A stretch of 58,469 nucleotides of DNA, filler included, from Bigelowiella natans CCMP2755 (Eukaryota; Protista; Cercozoa), in NCBI GenBank assembly GCA_000320545.1. It is 5 parts of 5 records of this genome, joined end to end, with 100 filler letters (N's around TTAATTAATTAA, not from the genome) between each part and the next. Parts side by side here need not be neighbours in the genome. Positions count along the whole stretch, not along the records: positions 1 to 28,602 come from ADNK01000236.1; 4 more parts are not named here. The stretch is one strand, 5' to 3'. A model generated the notes under the pieces. The model ran no database searches and was not told where the DNA came from. It was given only the letters and a program-made list of their open reading frames with translations. The translations under genes and the position numbers were made by a program. Positions 1 to 12,240 of this stretch are shown piece after piece (the first letter of the stretch is position 1; each line of letters opens with the position of its first letter).

Positions 1-32
1 CAAAGAGGATCAACTTCTACCCAAACATAGAA

Positions 33-88
<56 letters not shown>

Positions 89-581
89 TATGTGAAAGCC
101 CTTTGCGGTTTAATGACAGAATTCGGCCAAAATGCACATTTTGCAATTATACGCACGCACTTCGAGCTATTGCTTTGGAAGAGAGAGAGGCACATTATAT
201 AAAAGTTAAAATTGATAGTCGCTGAGGATCGGAATTGCTGATGGCGGTGGTGGTGGCGGTGGTGGTGCTACTGCTGTCTCTACTGCCCACCTCCAACAGA
301 GTCTCGTGCTGCTTGGGATCCGCCTTGTTTCCTCCGGGTTGTGTATCTGGATAAGGTGATGATAATGATGATGATGACGATGATAATGATGATGATGATG
401 ATGATATCGATGATAATGATGATAATGATTAGTACAGCATATATTTGGAATGAATCTTTGTGGTTTCGATTCTAATATTGATGGTGTGGCGAGCAGGTAA
501 TACCTAGCAATAGATTTGTGATGTGTACACTCACACAGCGGCCATTCCGCACCAACCTGATCATACCAGAAGCAAGAAAAG

Positions 582-616
<35 letters not shown>

Positions 617-703
617 GTGCGTGTATATATGAATGATATAAAACAGTTATATAAAACCTATGTCCTGTATATGTAATATGTGTGTGTGTGTGTGTGTGTA
701 ACT

Positions 704-746
<43 letters not shown>

Positions 747-816
747 TACAAGTATAAGGGCTGTGCATACTATATATTGTGTTCTGTGCTGTTGGGGGCT
801 GCTTCTGCAGATATGA

Positions 817-857
<41 letters not shown>

Positions 858-1292
858 TATATACACACATATACATATTTCACATATTGACTAGCCATGC
901 ATCGCTGCGAGTCGAGTACTCATCATCGACATCCCGCATCTCCTCTCCCTACCTTGAAAATAGCCCCTTGGGGTGACACACCACATTCAGCACACGCAAC
1001 GAGTCATTCCAGCGCACACTCAGTCAATTTTGATTCGTGCTTACGGCTTGGGAAAACAAAATCGGGCGGAAAAAGGCCGCTAGAGCTGTTCTACGCAACC
1101 GCCATCAACACTCATGCTAAGCATATTAGCATGCACACACCGGAGAAGCGCCCTCCAGACACCATGAGGACGGCCCATCCCGAGTGGGAGGAAAGGTGTT
1201 TCAGCTTCTGATGATGCGAGTACGACAACTTTAGATCGTCCTTGAGTTGCTTGGAAGAGCATTGAAATGAAGGTTTGAGGTAGTCGTATTTT

Positions 1293-1329
<37 letters not shown>

Positions 1330-1617
1330 ATTTGTAGTAGTCGTAGCAGCGCCTCACCTCACGTATGCTCTTCAGATCTTCTCCTCTCAAAGCGGCACGA
1401 TCGCGGGGATCTCGAAGCACCGAGGCATGCATGCTGAGCCATCTCTGCATGGAAAAATTATGATGATGATGATGATGATGATGATGGGGAACGTTGTATA
1501 TACTATATGCGCCAGTCGTATTAACACTTCTATCCCAAGTAAAAGGCTATTATTCTGAACTGTGCGCTGAAAGGGGCATCTTCTTCCCGAATCGGCTTGT
1601 TCTTTCCTCTCTTCCTT

Positions 1618-1657
<40 letters not shown>

Positions 1658-3217
1658 GATTTATTTACTCATCTCTCTTGTTGATATGCCGGCAGCATAG
1701 CCCGAAGAAGCCATACATCCCGAATACTTACATTAGTCTTCTTGTCAATACACACAGCCACCTTCCGTTCATCGCTGGGATCTACTGTTGCTACGTTGAT
1801 TATAAGGGGGAGGGGGTGGAGAAGCAGGATCACTGGGTTTTAGCTTTAAATATGGGTCATTGTATTGAAATCCGAGGAGAAGTAATAATGAGTCTTGCAA
1901 TCATAGAGAAATGTGTTAGAAGAATGGAATTGTATGGTATCTACACACACGCAAAACAAAACACAAAATACCACACGAATGTTGACATATGCAGCATAGC
2001 AATCTCACCCAACAAAACACAAAATACCACACGAATGTTGACATATGCAGCATAGCAATCTCACCCAACAAAACACAAAATACCACACGAACGTTGACAT
2101 ATGCAGCATAGCAATCTCACCCAACAAAACACAAAATACCACACGAATGTTGACATATGCAGCATAGCAATCTCACCCACAACGCCGTGATCGTCTCTGT
2201 TGCTATCGTTACTGCCATTGTCTTCTCCCAGATTCCCCTCATGTAGAATTACATCCCCTTCCCCCTCTACACGCTTAAAGATACCCTCGTCGCCACTCTG
2301 GTGCTAGTAATGATATGGTGATATTATCAAACAGTACAGGTAGTAACGAGACGTGAGCAGGAAGATTCGATGGACTAAAAAATTATGGCTGCAGTGATGC
2401 CTGTTCGAAGCAGCTTGACGCGAATTAGTTCATAACTAACCGATATTGCCGCTTCAAAGTCGGCCTGTGAGGTTATTATCCCCGATCCCTTCCTTGTGGG
2501 CATAGATCACAGTGAAAATGATGCAAAGGACTCAAACGGGCTAGCTGCTACGAGGATGCCGGGTGTGTGCTATGTATTGATTCATGCAAAAAAATGGGCT
2601 ATCTTATTGGCCATGGTACACGTACATGCCATGTTGTTGCAGAGCCAACTGTCGCATGTTGTAGCTGTGCCAATCGCCTCTGGTGTCATGGAATGAAGGG
2701 AGAGAAAGGAGACTGTCAAGGCAATAATATTAGCGGAGGAAAGTAAGTACAATTGATACCTGACATGTCTTCGGTGGTCTTCTCGGGATTTGAAATCTAC
2801 CCTGCATGTCGTGCAGGTAACAACTGCATCCTGCTCGGCATCTAGCGGTTCCCCAGGTTTGGACACCTGCCCGTCGTCTATCCTCCGTCCCTTGTCACGT
2901 AATACTTCGCTGTCTTCACTATCCAAACCTAAGAGCCGCTTTGCTCCCGCAAAAATGGTGAACGGAACGGCTGGGTCGCCCCGGTTGGCCTTCCCTCTAC
3001 TGCGACTCCTTCGTCTCCTCCCCTTCATTATCTTTCCCCGAAGCTTCGTGGGGGGGGAGAGAGGGAGCGGAGTCTTAGTGAGAAATGGACGATTACACAA
3101 ACACATGGAGTTTTTAGCTTGCGACAAGGCTTCGGGCAACGCAACAAAATCAATATCGTGTTCCTGGAAAATGTCGGGGAACTTTCCTGAAAATTCCTTA
3201 ATCCTTCTTCTCCCCAT
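1..3217 (-). CDS. VMS1: ANKZF1/Vms1 peptidyl-tRNA hydrolase-like RQC factor (multi-exon; 3' end runs off window)
   Basis: Manual splicing joins C2H2 finger CTTCRVDFKSREDHRRHV|RGDWHSYNMRQ (2790-2620), then WAVLMVSGGRFS|GAIFK|...THHKSIAR|YTTRRKQGGSQAARD (1190-290). These match the recalled Vms1/ANKZF1 VLRF1 motifs, including the catalytic GGSQ loop. All inferred junctions are GT-AG. Start codon uncertain. Confidence 0.87.
1955..2178. repeat. 56-bp tandem repeat x4 in a VMS1 intron
   Basis: Unit aacaaaacacaaaataccacacgaatgttgacatatgcagcatagcaatctcaccc at 1955, 2011, 2067 and 2123; one substitution (gaatg/gaacg). Confidence 0.95.
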
Positions 3218-3538
3218 TATTGTTGTTGTTGCCTATGTTGTTGTTGCTGTCGCGTTTTCATTGGGAGAGAGCCGTGTCCGGAGCTAAAAACCTCATTGGC
3301 CAGTCCGGAAACGCAATCATTTTCTTCCTTTCGTAACCGATTCGGAGTAGATTTTGGTCGTTGCCGGACTGGAAAAACAGTGGAATTTGTGTGTTTTGAC
3401 CCTGCGACAAAGGTTCTTCTTCAGATGTGAGGATATATCAGTGACGTTTTCCTCAACTGCTAAGTTGCTGCAAAACCCTTCTTTCTGCACACGCACAATT
3501 TATTCGCGAGTGGGGTCCATTTTTCAAAAGCTCAAACA

Positions 3539-3991
3539 ATGTTGACTTGCTTAAAAAGAATCAGGAAAGAGATGAACTCCATTAGCGAACACTCTACTGA
3601 TAATTTCAGTGCAGGGCCTAAAGACCCTAAGGATCTCACTGAGTGGCAGGCGACTATCTTAGGGCCTGCTGACAGTCCATACGAAGACGGAGTCTTTTTT
3701 CTCGATCTGAAATTTCCTCGTGAATATCCATTTAAGCCCCCAATAATCAAGTTCAAAACGAAAATTTACCATTGTAATGTAGATGACAAAGGACGCATTT
3801 GTATCGACATTCTAAAGAAAAATTGGAGCCCTGTGTTGACCATTCCCACAATTCTGCTGTCCCTGAGTTCATTATTGTGCGATCCAAATCCAGATGATCC
3901 TCTTGTCCCGGACATTGCAAAGTTGTTAAAAAACAATCCGAAAAAACATGACGCGACAGCGAGGGAGTGGACTAAAAAGTATGCATCATAG
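3539..3991 (+). CDS. UBC4: Ubiquitin-conjugating enzyme E2, UBE2D/UBE2E (Ubc4/5) class, intronless
   Basis: 150-aa ORF with WQATILGPADSPYEDGVF, YPFKPP, HCN...GRIC(active Cys)IDIL, WSPVLT, PNPDDPLVPDIA and AREWTKKYA; TAG stop. Confidence 0.95.
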   Translation: MLTCLKRIRKEMNSISEHSTDNFSAGPKDPKDLTEWQATILGPADSPYEDGVFFLDLKFPREYPFKPPIIKFKTKIYHCNVDDKGRICIDILKKNWSPVLTIPTILLSLSSLLCDPNPDDPLVPDIAKLLKNNPKKHDATAREWTKKYAS

Positions 3992-4381
3992 CCAATGTTA
4001 GCAGTGACGACAATTTTGTGTGAACACGCAACTCAAACAGCAAGAAAAGTCGACAGATAGTACTGGTTTAACAACATCTCACACTGTCGTTCGCACCGCT
4101 ATGCCTGTTGTGTCCCACAGCTGTACGCTTACATGTGCTTCATTGGATGCGCAAGTAGATTGTACGTGAATTGCACGGTTGATACTTCGCAAGCTTTTAT
4201 TATCATTTGTGTATTGCCGCATGTACGTGGGTGTTATGCCATCCACAAAAAATTCTTTGAAGAAGAATCATTTTCTTAATTCATTAGCATCATTAAGCAT
4301 ATGCAGTACATGCTTGCATGCTAGCACATCTCGATGTCCATCGACTCTGTTCGTCATTACGTCATTATCAAATTAACAACG

Positions 4382-5859
4382 CTACCCATCCCGCTTGTGA
4401 TCGTGATGGGCTCGTAAAGCCCACGTAATCTGTTGTTCCTTTGCAGTGGAGTTAGATTTAATTGTGACATTAGGATGCCCAGGGCACTCGGGTTGCTCAG
4501 TGCCCCAGTCCTGCCATGCAAACGAACCAGGGAAATCTGTAGCAATCGTAATGTGGTATTCCATATCAGTCCCTGGGTATTCGTCAGCTTCGTTTAAGTC
4601 GTAAATTTCCCAGCATGTGTTCGCGATTGCCTCTGAGTATGAATGTTCTTTCCAACTCTGCGTCTGTTCCGGCGGTAGAAGCCCCATAAATGGCTTCTCA
4701 ATACGGATGATACTAGTACGAGCCGGGTCGCCCTTCACACCCATCTCTAATGTCCAAACCCAGTTTTCTGACAACGTGTACTTGGTGTATAGAACCTGTG
4801 GAAACGGATGAAGAAAGGAAGATAGGGAAACTAATAACAACGGTACCCTTTGGGAGCACTGATTACACAGGATTTCTTAGTATTATTAGTCGCTACCTCT
4901 CCAGGTTCACAAGGGTAGGTCTCGCCCGTCGCAGCATGGGCCTCAGTCTCATTGGAGGTGCTATTAAATATTTCCTAGAAAGAAGTCAAAAAATGTGTGC
5001 GTCTAGATGTGTGCGTATAAGATGTGAATTATCTTGCCATAATTCTTGCCAAGGGTGAACATGTGTATTGTGGAAGTACTTACAAAGAAGTATTGCGCTC
5101 CAAAGCACCAGGAGGCGCGCTTCTCCCATTTGGGTAGGTACAATGGCGGTCCTGAGGACCCATCGAGTGGCTCCCCAAGCATAAGCTGGGGCACAAATTG
5201 GTTCATTCGTGCATCGCTACCACTTGGTCTGAGCGGTTAGTCGATAGGTATATACTTTTAGCCAAGACTATCAGAATAATGTAAGGTAGGTACCCTGGTG
5301 GTTGCCAGTCGATATTGTAGTAAACAAAATACGTCGGACCAAGCTTCTTTGGCAAAGCAGGGACATTGAATTCGGCGTAGTGATGCTGTGACATTTCATT
5401 AGACATGTAAGAACATTGTTTCAGTTTTCAGCGATTTTGGCAACAAAATACGGAGAGTTAGCTGCTTTCATTTGTGACTTCAAAGTACCGTCCCTAACAC
5501 CGGGTACTTAACAAGGCTGGAACACGAGCTAGGGTTGCACTGCGACTCCTGAGAGTTGTGGTCACTCTTCCCGAATGGATAAAGTAACGAAAATTAAACT
5601 TTAGTCAGAAACTGGTATATTTCTTACTGCAAAGTCGGTTCGGAAGGAACATTTCGGAACACATACACACCGTAAAGCGAGCCCCTTGCTTGAACCTTGG
5701 ATACCGATGCTTGTGTCCACGAGCCTCTGCATACGAAAGGAAGAGAAGAAGTAATCCCAACCTCTCATAGGCATGGGATCTGCGGTCGGAGAACCAGGCC
5801 GACATCGTTAGTCTTCCCGTTCTGAGGAGCCGGTGATAAACTATCTTCTCAATCTCCAT
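4382..5859 (-). CDS. Secreted protein of unknown function, possibly G1 glutamic peptidase/concanavalin-like fold (about 6 exons)
   Basis: Phase-consistent GT-AG splicing gives LGLLLLFLSYAEA (signal-like)...ARFT|ESQCNPSSC...VLGT|HHYAEFNVPALP...NIDWQPPG|DARMNQFVPQLMLGEP...GAQYFF|EIFNST...CEPGE|VLYTKY...WTLEMG...NTCWEIYD...HKRDG*. The family call is inference only. Confidence 0.7.
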
Positions 5860-6641
5860 CTTGTTGCTATCTTGGCTAAATATTACTGCGGCAATTTACT
5901 GAAAAATAAGTAAATATTACGACTTGAAGACTATCGAGAAAGCGCTCAAAGTCTTTCTTCAAAATGTAAAGTAGATCTAGCTTTATTTATTTAGGTTATT
6001 TTTCCCACAAAGTCTGGTGAGTCATATCATTATCAATATTATTGTTTTTGTTATTTTGTCACTTATCGGATGACTGGTTTATCCTACGAGTATAATCTTT
6101 TCCACGTGGTGTAATAACTAAATCGGGCCGGAAAAAAGGAAGTGTAAGATATAGAGCCGAGAAGGGAAAAACCCCCCGAACCGTTTTATTTTCACCTTTA
6201 TTTTTTAAAGAAAATAGGTCTGGAACGCAATCGAATGTCTCCTAAGCGACAATCTATATACACTGAAAATGAAGGCAATTCGTCGTTCCTGAAAACGAAG
6301 TCAAAAATTCCTTTTACGATTGGCTCATAGGATTGTCTTAGAATGTAAATTGATGGCATTCTCGGTCTAAAGATCGCGTCGATCGCGGTGGCTTACGTGC
6401 GCTGTGTGTGTCACGTAGACATTACTGGGGTCTCTCGTCTTTCTTTCCTTTTTTTCTCGAATCAAAAAGGTATTCTATTAAGCCTATACGACAAGACACA
6501 GAATGAGTTATTGATCTGATATTAACGGCGTTCGATCTGTATCCCGTGTCTTTCCGCTCTCTAGCATCTAACTTGGCAAATCCCCCCTTTATCGTCAGAC
6601 AACCCACTACCGCAGGCTCACATACTAAAACACACGTGACA

Positions 6642-9232
6642 ATGCGCGCCTGCCTTCGCTCCCTCGCCCGCAAAAGCCTTGCTGCCACCGAGCGCAAGTT
6701 CTCCACCGCTCTTGTTCGCCCCGCACTTAGGTCTGTGCGCAGCGCGAAGAAGATGGCCGCAGTGCCAGTTCGCGGATACAAGATTATGAACTTCGGTACT
6801 GCCATGTGTTGATTGATAGGATTCTTCACAATTTGCTTCACACTGCATTCCAAGTTCTTCGGATATGAGCGCGCACATGCTACACTCACATAAGTCCATA
6901 TTCTCAATATTTCCCTTTGTTCTGTTTGGATTTTTGCATACATCGATTCGATGAATAAGGGAAAGAAAAAAAGGGGGGGGGGTATACCAAATGTCTATTG
7001 AAACTGAAACTCTCGAACCCGTCATAATTGTGATAGATAAGTTTTGAATAGCATACCCGCGAAATCTTTCTCAGTTGTCTTAGGGCACTGGGATGTGAGG
7101 AGTAGGAGGGGGAAAGGGAGGGTTGACACTCCTCCTGTCTTTCACAGTACAACTCTACAATTCTTGACCTCCTCCGTTACCTCAAATTTCAGGTGGTACC
7201 GAGGAGAAAGTCATCGAGCGATCTGACTATCCACAGGATAAGTTGAAGGAGATTTTCCCTGGCAAGATGGCAATGCTCGGATACGGTACCCAAGGCCGCG
7301 GTCAGGCTCTGAACATGCGTGATCAGGGTCTTGATGTCATCATCGGTCTTCGCAAGGGCCGCACCTGGGAACTCGCTAAGGAAGACGGATGGGTAAATTT
7401 TTATCTAGAAGAGACATAAATCGAGTGGTAGGAGAGTAGTGGTGGATGAACGTCGATGCTGAACCAAGCATGCATCGATTCGGTGTACTTCTCTGATTAT
7501 CACCCCCTCGTCTCGAATCAGGTTGAGGGCAAATCTCTCTTCGAGATCGAGGAAGCTGCTGAGCACGGGGATGTGATCATGTACATGCTTTCCGATGCCG
7601 GGCAGTCGATGATGTGGCCTAAGATCGCCCCTAAGATCACCAAGGGAAAGACTCTTTACTTCTCTCACGGTTTCTCCGTTGTGTTCAAAGATCTTACTGG
7701 CGTGGCTCCTCCTGAAGGCGTTGACGTCATCCTTGCCGCTCCTAAAGGGTCTGGTACCACCGTTCGTCGCCTCTTCCTTGAGGGCCGCGGTATCAACGCC
7801 TCCGCCGCAGTGTTCCAAGATGCTTCGGGCAAGGCCGAGGAAAAGTGAGTGAGTGTCAGTCTGTCAGTCGGTGAATGATGAGCTCCTCCTTCTCAACTCT
7901 TCTTCTCTACTGCTCTCCCAACAATCCAGTTTCTTTGCTCGTGTTTGAAGCAGTCGCCTGTTGCTGTGATGTGGTGGTGGTGGTGGTGGTGGTGGTAGTG
8001 GTCCTCCTCCCCCTCCCTACCATCATCCGCAATAGATAGCACAAGATCCCTCTTCTTCTAAGACGGTTTTGGTGTTGGTTGTTGTTGCCCCCTCCCCTCG
8101 TATAGGAGCGAGGCCATTGCTATCGCCGTAGGCGCTGGATACTGTTATAAGACCACCTTCGAGAAGGAAGTGAGAGCCACCTGCGACAACACGAAAGCTT
8201 ACATATCGAGCATTTAAACAACATCATTCTTATCCGTCCCCTTAACCCGAGTACTCACCACCAGCATCATCGGTCGCCCCATCACTCTCCTAACAGGTTC
8301 ACTCCGACCTTACCGGGGAACGCGGCGTCCTGATGGGAGGCATCGCTGGAATGTTCAAGGCCCAGTACGATGTGCTCCGGGCTGCTGGCCACTCTCCTTC
8401 CGAGGCCTTCAACGAGACGGTTGAGGAGGCTACTCAGTCCCTTTACCCCCTCATCGGAGAGAAAGGTGCCTTCTTACCTACCTACCTACCTACCTACCTA
8501 CCTAACCTACCCTATCTACAGCAGCCACCACTGTGTTATATGGCTGCTGTGCCATACGAGGCGCTGACACAATCCTGTTCGATTTCCCCCTTCCCCTTCC
8601 CCCTCCCCCTCCCCCTTTTTATTGTTGTTGCCGCTGACTTCAGGAATGGATTGGATGTTCGCAAACTGCTCCACCACTGCCCAGCGAGGTGCGCTTGACT
8701 GGGCTCCAAAGTTTGAAGCAGCCACCAAGCCTGTCTTTGAGGAACTCTATGCAGCTGTTGTTGATGGATCCGAGACGCAGGTTGGTTAATTGAACGATGC
8801 CGTAGTAGTGGTGGTAGTAGTCGGAGGAGGAGAGGAAGAATAATACCGTTTTCTGCTATTTTCCTTCTCCTTTTTTTTTTGCATCCCTGTATATTTTCTC
8901 GTTATGTTAATGTAATTTCTCGAAGATCATTCCATCGCCGTACCCCCATGATTCATCTCACTGTCCATACTTTCCCCCGGCTTCTCTTTCATCATAAGCG
9001 ACGCAACCTTATCTCCCGTCTGTCGCATTGATGGAACATTGAAATTTTGTAATGAAGATTTCGACCTGAAGCTCTTGTTTCCCCCCGCGTATCTCTTTTC
9101 TAGCGCTCGCTTGACAAGAACTCCCAGCCCGACTACCACGAAGAGCTACAGAAGGAGCTCAAGGAGTACGCTGACTCCGAGATGTGGCAAGCCGGCATCA
9201 CTGTCAGGTCTCTGCGTCCCGAGAACCAATAG
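6642..9232 (+). CDS. ILV5: Ketol-acid reductoisomerase, fungal ILV5-type, with mitochondrial-like presequence (about 7 exons)
   Basis: Spliced product MRACLRSLARK...NF|GGTEEKVIERSDYP...GYGTQGRGQALNMRD...EDGW|VEGK...YFSHGF...APKGSGTTVR...|...GERGVLMGG...HSPSEAFNETVEEATQSLYPLIG|...CSTTAQRGALDW...|RSL...VRSLRPENQ*. It is colinear with yeast Ilv5 as recalled. Confidence 0.97.
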
Positions 9233-10365
9233 GCGATGATGATTCATCTGCTCTGCTGCGACGCACGTCGTCAAAAGCCTTATGTCAGTTGGTCCATAAT
9301 TGATGAGGCACGACGATCACGATGATAGGATAATTTCAGCGATGAAGGAAAACGAAGAGGAAGAGAGATATAATTTCTCTCTCGTTGCCCCATCTCTCAA
9401 CCTCACCCCACCTCCCCGCCATTTTCCATTCCGCTCCTCCAGCCGGCATGTCGCTCGCGCGTGTCGGTTGATTTGGCTGAACGTGACCTTACTTTTTTAG
9501 ACTTTACACGATTAATTATAGCATAGATCTATATGCGCATACAAATACAGATATGCTGCAATAAATTATGTAATTTCTTTAAAGACGAATTGGTTACTTC
9601 TTGCCCGTGTGTCCCACCAGCTTATGTATGCGCACGTGTGAACTAGTGTGGTAAGTCATTTGAGGCCCACATTGCGCTTGTGCATGGCTTGCAGCATCTA
9701 TCGCATATCGCATCGTGGCGGTAGCAAAAAGCAAGAAACACAATGGTATGCGGTGTATACGGTATCAAAGCCTAGCTTAGTGTTGCGTAGTAGCCACATG
9801 TTGAAGTGTACTGCTAGACTGCCGCGCGAGCTGTTATATTTTACTGTCACAGTTTGACCACACGCGCTAGCTAGTACGTACGCATGCACAATCCAGCGCG
9901 CTCATGTTGCGCGCATGTATGTAGTGTTGTTTTTCGTATATGTCGATCAATCGCAATGGGACAACTGGACGACATGTAATATATGTGGCGTGCGTGCACG
10001 CTATACGTCGTACATATGCATGCGTGTGTCAGACATGCATGATAGACATGCAATATGATATATATACGGATATATAATGAATAAATTAAAAGTTCGTTCG
10101 ATGGTCATCCTAACGTATAGAGTGCAAAACTGCGCGGCAACGTACAGCGAGTTTATAGTACAGCATCACGTTGTTGTATGACCATCAATGCATTGCCCGT
10201 CTCGCTAATTAGCAGTAACTAGTAGCCGCAGAGCAAATAGAAAAATACGATACATACCACCGCTGTGCACACTAGCTAGCTAGGTACATGCATGTGTCAT
10301 CGCTTGGGATTCTACAAAACACAATGAGTGCACAACAAATATGATAGACACAGTAATACTATATT

Positions 10366-10408
<43 letters not shown>

Positions 10409-10530
10409 CTAGTATTACTGTGTCTATTATAAATACGTACATGTTGCACATGATGTGCATTGTGTACAAGTGCAGGCCTACGTGCTGTTAAAGCTCCGAC
10501 TTTTAGAGGCAGTGACATACGTCGCAAAAA

Positions 10531-12069
10531 TCATGGCGCTGCCCTTACAACCACAACTTCGGTCTTCGCGCCGGACTCTCTTTTGCAGAAGAAGTAATAT
10601 ATCAAGCCAACTGCAGCCACGCCAGCAAGACCTCCGACCACAGCTCCAGCAATTATCCCAGCGTTTCCAGAATCTCCGCTTGCCGAACTGTCCCCATCGT
10701 CCGAAGAAGAAGGGGGGGACGTAGGCACGTTTGAAATTAAAGTAGGATTACCCACAGACGATACGGTTTCTCCAAGGGCAGTGGATAGGTACGACATAGA
10801 CAATGCACTAAGCCCCGAAGCTTCATCCAACGGGGTCCTTGTTGAAGTTGATCCATCCAAAAACGTAACTGTCATGACTACGCTACCCGACTGGAACGAC
10901 AGTTGAAACTTTGCACTGTCAAGAGCTAATGTCGCTGCCAGATTGGTCCTCAGAGAGTCTTTTTGATTGGTGGTGAGTGGCATGTACAAATATGGAAACG
11001 TTATATCAACGCTATAGCTATCTGCTGGCAGATCCGTAGGCTGATCCGTGGGGTTGGGTGTGGGGCTAGGCGTGGGGCTGGGTGTGGGACAAGGCTCAGA
11101 ACAAGTCGTGTGGGTCTGCAACCTGCAGCAGTTTGCACTGTTGCCCCCGCGAGTGAACGTGTAAGGAGATCCACCACAAGCGCAAGCACCACTCGAGCAA
11201 TTCGAGTTGTAGCCTTTGTTAGCACCATCAACTGGACAAACGAGATGACCGGTGCATGAGAGTGAGCACTGGATCCCCGCATCCATGCACCCAAAGTACT
11301 CCACGCCATTGAGGTATCCCGTTTGGTAGGTTCCACCGCACAGGCAAGAGAGGCTTGGGCAGGCGAAATATCCGCTTCCAAGTGAGGAGGGGAGAGTCGT
11401 CCCTGGCGTGCCGCCTGTATCGTATTGGGTCGTGACTGGGGCAGGAGTGGGAATGGCCGTGGGGAAGTGAGTCGGTATGGGGGTTGAAACAGAACTTGAA
11501 GTCGGGTACGGCGTCGGGTTTGGCGTCGGGTTTGGCGTCGGGTTTGGTGTCGGGTACGGCGTGAGACTGTTTGTCGGGTTCGGCGTCGGGTACGGCGTAG
11601 GGTCCGGCGTAGGGTCTGGAGAACTATACCAGATGGATTTTGTAAAGGTCAGGTATGCAGTATACACTGTGTTTTCGCTTGCAATGACGTAGTATAGCGT
11701 TTCGCTAATTCTAGTGTCGCACGGAACGTTTAACGATTGGGAACTGCAGTACGTGTTTACGCAATTGTCGACGGCGAGCCCATTTAAATTGGCGTAGTAT
11801 GTGAAAGAAAGTCCAGAAGCATATCGTTGGTAGTTTGTCTCGTCCATGACATAGACTCTAAGATAATTGTTGCCTGCTGAGTCAGTCCAGGCAAAGTCGA
11901 GGCCACATCCGTTCGAAGGCGATATAAATTTTTCGTGGCTCATAGGCGCGATACTTACACTTGTTGCGGCCGCTTGGGAGTTGTGAAGAATTAGCGCCAA
12001 CAAGGAACGCAAGAGAATGTCACCAAGCATGGGTGCATGAGGGGTGGTTGAAGGATGGATGAGATCCAT
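10531..12069 (-). CDS. Intronless type-I membrane, mucin-like surface protein (signal, beta domain, PT repeats, Cys-rich repeats, SEA-like domain, TM, short tail)
   Basis: 512-aa open ORF. Signal-like [21 protein letters not shown], (PTPN/PTPY)n stalk, 14-Cys block, [39 protein letters not shown], basic stop-transfer KRE. Confidence 0.85.
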   Translation of the reverse strand: MDLIHPSTTPHAPMLGDILLRSLLALILHNSQAAATSVSIAPMSHEKFISPSNGCGLDFAWTDSAGNNYLRVYVMDETNYQRYASGLSFTYYANLNGLAVDNCVNTYCSSQSLNVPCDTRISETLYYVIASENTVYTAYLTFTKSIWYSSPDPTPDPTPYPTPNPTNSLTPYPTPNPTPNPTPNPTPYPTSSSVSTPIPTHFPTAIPTPAPVTTQYDTGGTPGTTLPSSLGSGYFACPSLSCLCGGTYQTGYLNGVEYFGCMDAGIQCSLSCTGHLVCPVDGANKGYNSNCSSGACACGGSPYTFTRGGNSANCCRLQTHTTCSEPCPTPSPTPSPTPNPTDQPTDLPADSYSVDITFPYLYMPLTTNQKDSLRTNLAATLALDSAKFQLSFQSGSVVMTVTFLDGSTSTRTPLDEASGLSALSMSYLSTALGETVSSVGNPTLISNVPTSPPSSSDDGDSSASGDSGNAGIIAGAVVGGLAGVAAVGLIYYFFCKRESGAKTEVVVVRAAP

Positions 12070-12240
12070 CCTCCGCAGATCATCAGTACATGCGTTCGTA
12101 AATGGGATTTTAGTGCTGCAACCCCATCATTAGCATGTCTCCCTGAAATATCTGCCTCCTAATTTCACAATCATTGTGTAGAAACCATCATCACAAGGGG
12201 ATGCATCAGTTTTGTTGTTGATGATGTATAAGTTTTAAAA

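Noticed and set aside
658-876. ORFs made of IYIY/CVCV/ERER/THTH runs (many across the window)
   Set aside because: They are translations of dinucleotide microsatellites.
1955-2178. Possible CRISPR-like array
   Set aside because: The units are contiguous and identical with no unique spacers; it is an intronic minisatellite in a eukaryote.
9630-9650. Helitron 3' end (…gaactagt)
   Set aside because: There is no convincing GC-rich hairpin upstream, and CTAG is generically enriched in these tracts.
10312-10533. Open frame continuing after the TGA of the surface-protein gene (possible readthrough)
   Set aside because: The extension runs into a (TA)n tract and has no protein-like features.
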